A stretch of 64,000 nt of DNA from Octopus vulgaris (lineage: Eukaryota), in contig OX597834.1 in the NCBI GenBank assembly GCA_951406725.2, forward strand, positions 3,286,001-3,350,000, read 5' to 3'. A program made the position numbers and the translations under genes. Shown here piece after piece: positions 61,841-64,000 of the stretch. Numbering within the stretch: position 1 is the stretch's first letter; each line of letters starts with the position of its first letter. Below the pieces are notes generated by a model that worked only from the letters and a program-made list of their open reading frames with translations, had not been told where the DNA came from and ran no database searches.

Positions 61841-64000
61841 GATTAAAAGGATGTTATACAAGGGCACATGGCTTTTGTCAAAGTATGACCTGTGACGGAT
61901 TGGTTTTCACATTCTACAAAGCTTGAGTGCCAAAAATGTCACCACATGTGATAAGGCCACATGGTGAATTGCGATATTCACCTGTTCATAATTAAACAGC
62001 GCCATGCTAACCACTGAAGAATGTTGTAACATGATTCTGAAAATTTAGTAATATTCCATGATTCTTCTAACATTGTTTCGCAATTGAGGATTTCCACTTT
62101 GGTACAATAAACTGCAATGCTGTGACATCTCGATTGATTTCCAATTCCAAACCAAACTAATTTTGGTGAGGTGCAAACTCATTTTGGTAAAGCAAGGTAA
62201 CTTACTTCCCTTTGCTTCTTTTATTACTTATCTCCCCTTACCTTTTATTTATCTTTTGGGAATCCAAAATTTCAGATTCGGCCCAGAATGTTTTTAATTT
62301 ACTCATAGAGTTGGCTTGATTCCAAAATGGTATATGTTGGGCTACGACCTCTAGGAGTAATTTTGAAAAAGTGTGACACACTGACATTCGCATTTATCAT
62401 ATTAGATATGCACAAGAGTGTATATATGTATATACAGAGTGTATATATGTATATACAGACACACACAGAGGTTAGCATCAAATTGTTTCAGAAAAGTGCT
62501 TATAACATACCTTTCTGTCAAATCATTAGATTAATCCCAACAAAATACAAACATTTTCCTAAATTTTATCAATATAAATATTTGATAAATTAAACGTTTC
62601 AGGCTGTGTGCCAACATTTTAGAAAAAGAGAAAAATCACTTTCACTTTGCAGATGTCTTCCTGGGGTTATAAACAACAGTAGCATTGTCCCCTATGGGTC
62701 TGCTACGTTTACATGGCAAATATACTTCACAATTCTGTGCTGCTACTGTTTACGTCTCGTCAGAGATTTATTATTGCTCTATATATAAATATATATATAT
62801 AATGTATACACACGCATTTCATAGACTGTGACTTCAGAAAAAAACATTTTTAGCATAAAATATAAATACACACGATATAAATGTTAACATATTAATTCAT
62901 ACTAGCTGAACCTGTGAAAAATTCACGGAAAATATAAAAAATGTAAGCATTTGTAAATTGTGTGCTGGTACCATGAGAACCACATTAATGATATGCAGTT
63001 CTGTGGAGTATGCAGCCACTTGTGAGTTAAACTTTATCCTCGTGTGGTAATGAAAAGTGAAAGTGACATCCAATATTTGCTTGGATCTAGATATCATCTG
63101 TCTCTCCCACTTCCTCTTTCCCGCTTTTAATTTAACAATGTGTGTATGTATCTACTTTCTTGCGATGTGATAAAACAAAACGAATGCTGTTGCCACTTAC
63201 TCCGTTTGCTGTACATAAGGAGGTCAGAATACTTGATTCCATGCAAAAAATCGGAAGTTTCTTTCTTTGTGAAACGCGTGTGGGTGTACTTACCAAAATT
63301 TACCAAAGTTAAATCTTTAAATAGAGAAAAATAAAACACAAACAGGTTATTAAATAAATTATTTAATACGTGACTTTTAAACACTTACATATTTGTTCCG
63401 TTTCCATTTTGTGATAACCGAGTCTATTTTTTCATTACTCCTATATTTCTATTACCCCGTCAGACACCCCTATATATATGTGTAGTGACTTCATTCGAGC
63501 ATAGGGTAGATTTGAACCTGAATCAGCAAATTTCCCATAACATTTCAACAGCATTTCTTTCACAAAAACAACAAGTTGCCAGCAGTTACATTCAACAAAT
63601 GGCTTTGCCAAATCAATTTGTGTCCTTTCAGTTTAACTCTTGACCTCTTCGATGCCATCTAAAGATGAAATTAGATAAGGGCGACCTACATCAAGCTGCT
63701 CAGTGTTCACGGCAATATACCTCTCTTTCTAGCTGGTTTGCATGATTATAAATACGAGAATCCTGTAAGGAAAAGTTAGTTGGTGAACAGAGATGACCAG
63801 CTTTGGGAGGCTGACGGTCAAACAATCTTCCACTATGATACATACAGCTTCCCTCTATTCTCTCTCGCTAGCTCATCTTTTCTCTTCTAGCAAACACCAC
63901 TCTATCACTATTTTTTGCTTACTACTACAACTGACAAGAACATATACATACTTATACCAGGAAAAATTAACTCTCGATTTTATTATTCACGCCCACGGTC

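Noticed and set aside
63560-63680. Possible minus-strand exon after CTTTAG at ~63660
   Set aside because: All frames close quickly and no recognisable protein motif is present.

Overview
AT-rich animal genomic DNA. It is most consistent with an octopus (coleoid cephalopod), inferred from the style of the C2H2 zinc-finger (ZNF) cluster and the SINE/RTE repeat landscape. The window is a tandem C2H2 ZNF gene cluster: seven intact poly-zinc-finger ORFs, each in one coding exon with 9-14 repeats (ZNF-1 4590+, ZNF-2 14323-, ZNF-3 20044+, ZNF-4 28183-, ZNF-6 40802+, ZNF-7 48182+, ZNF-8 59582+), and one frameshifted pseudogene (ZNF-5, 33987+). Seven of the eight loci share a duplicated gene cassette made of a non-coding upstream module with a splice donor, a conserved acceptor, and a short N-terminal peptide with psi-K-x-E motifs in place of KRAB/ZAD/SCAN. 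Between the head-to-head pair ZNF-2/ZNF-3 lies a 2.47-kb Tigger/pogo element. Its TIRs have decayed, yet the ~627-aa ORF is open and two of the three catalytic Asp are substituted, so it is a candidate domesticated CENP-B/TIGD-like gene. The rest is transposon debris: RTE LINE fragments, tRNA-derived SINEs, a Penelope fragment with a degenerate hammerhead, mariner and piggyBac-type MITEs, a 2-kb foldback element, several GG-ended elements with 8-bp TSDs, and a Merlin-like transposase relic. All calls are by eye, with no database searches; repeat boundaries are approximate unless a TSD is given.
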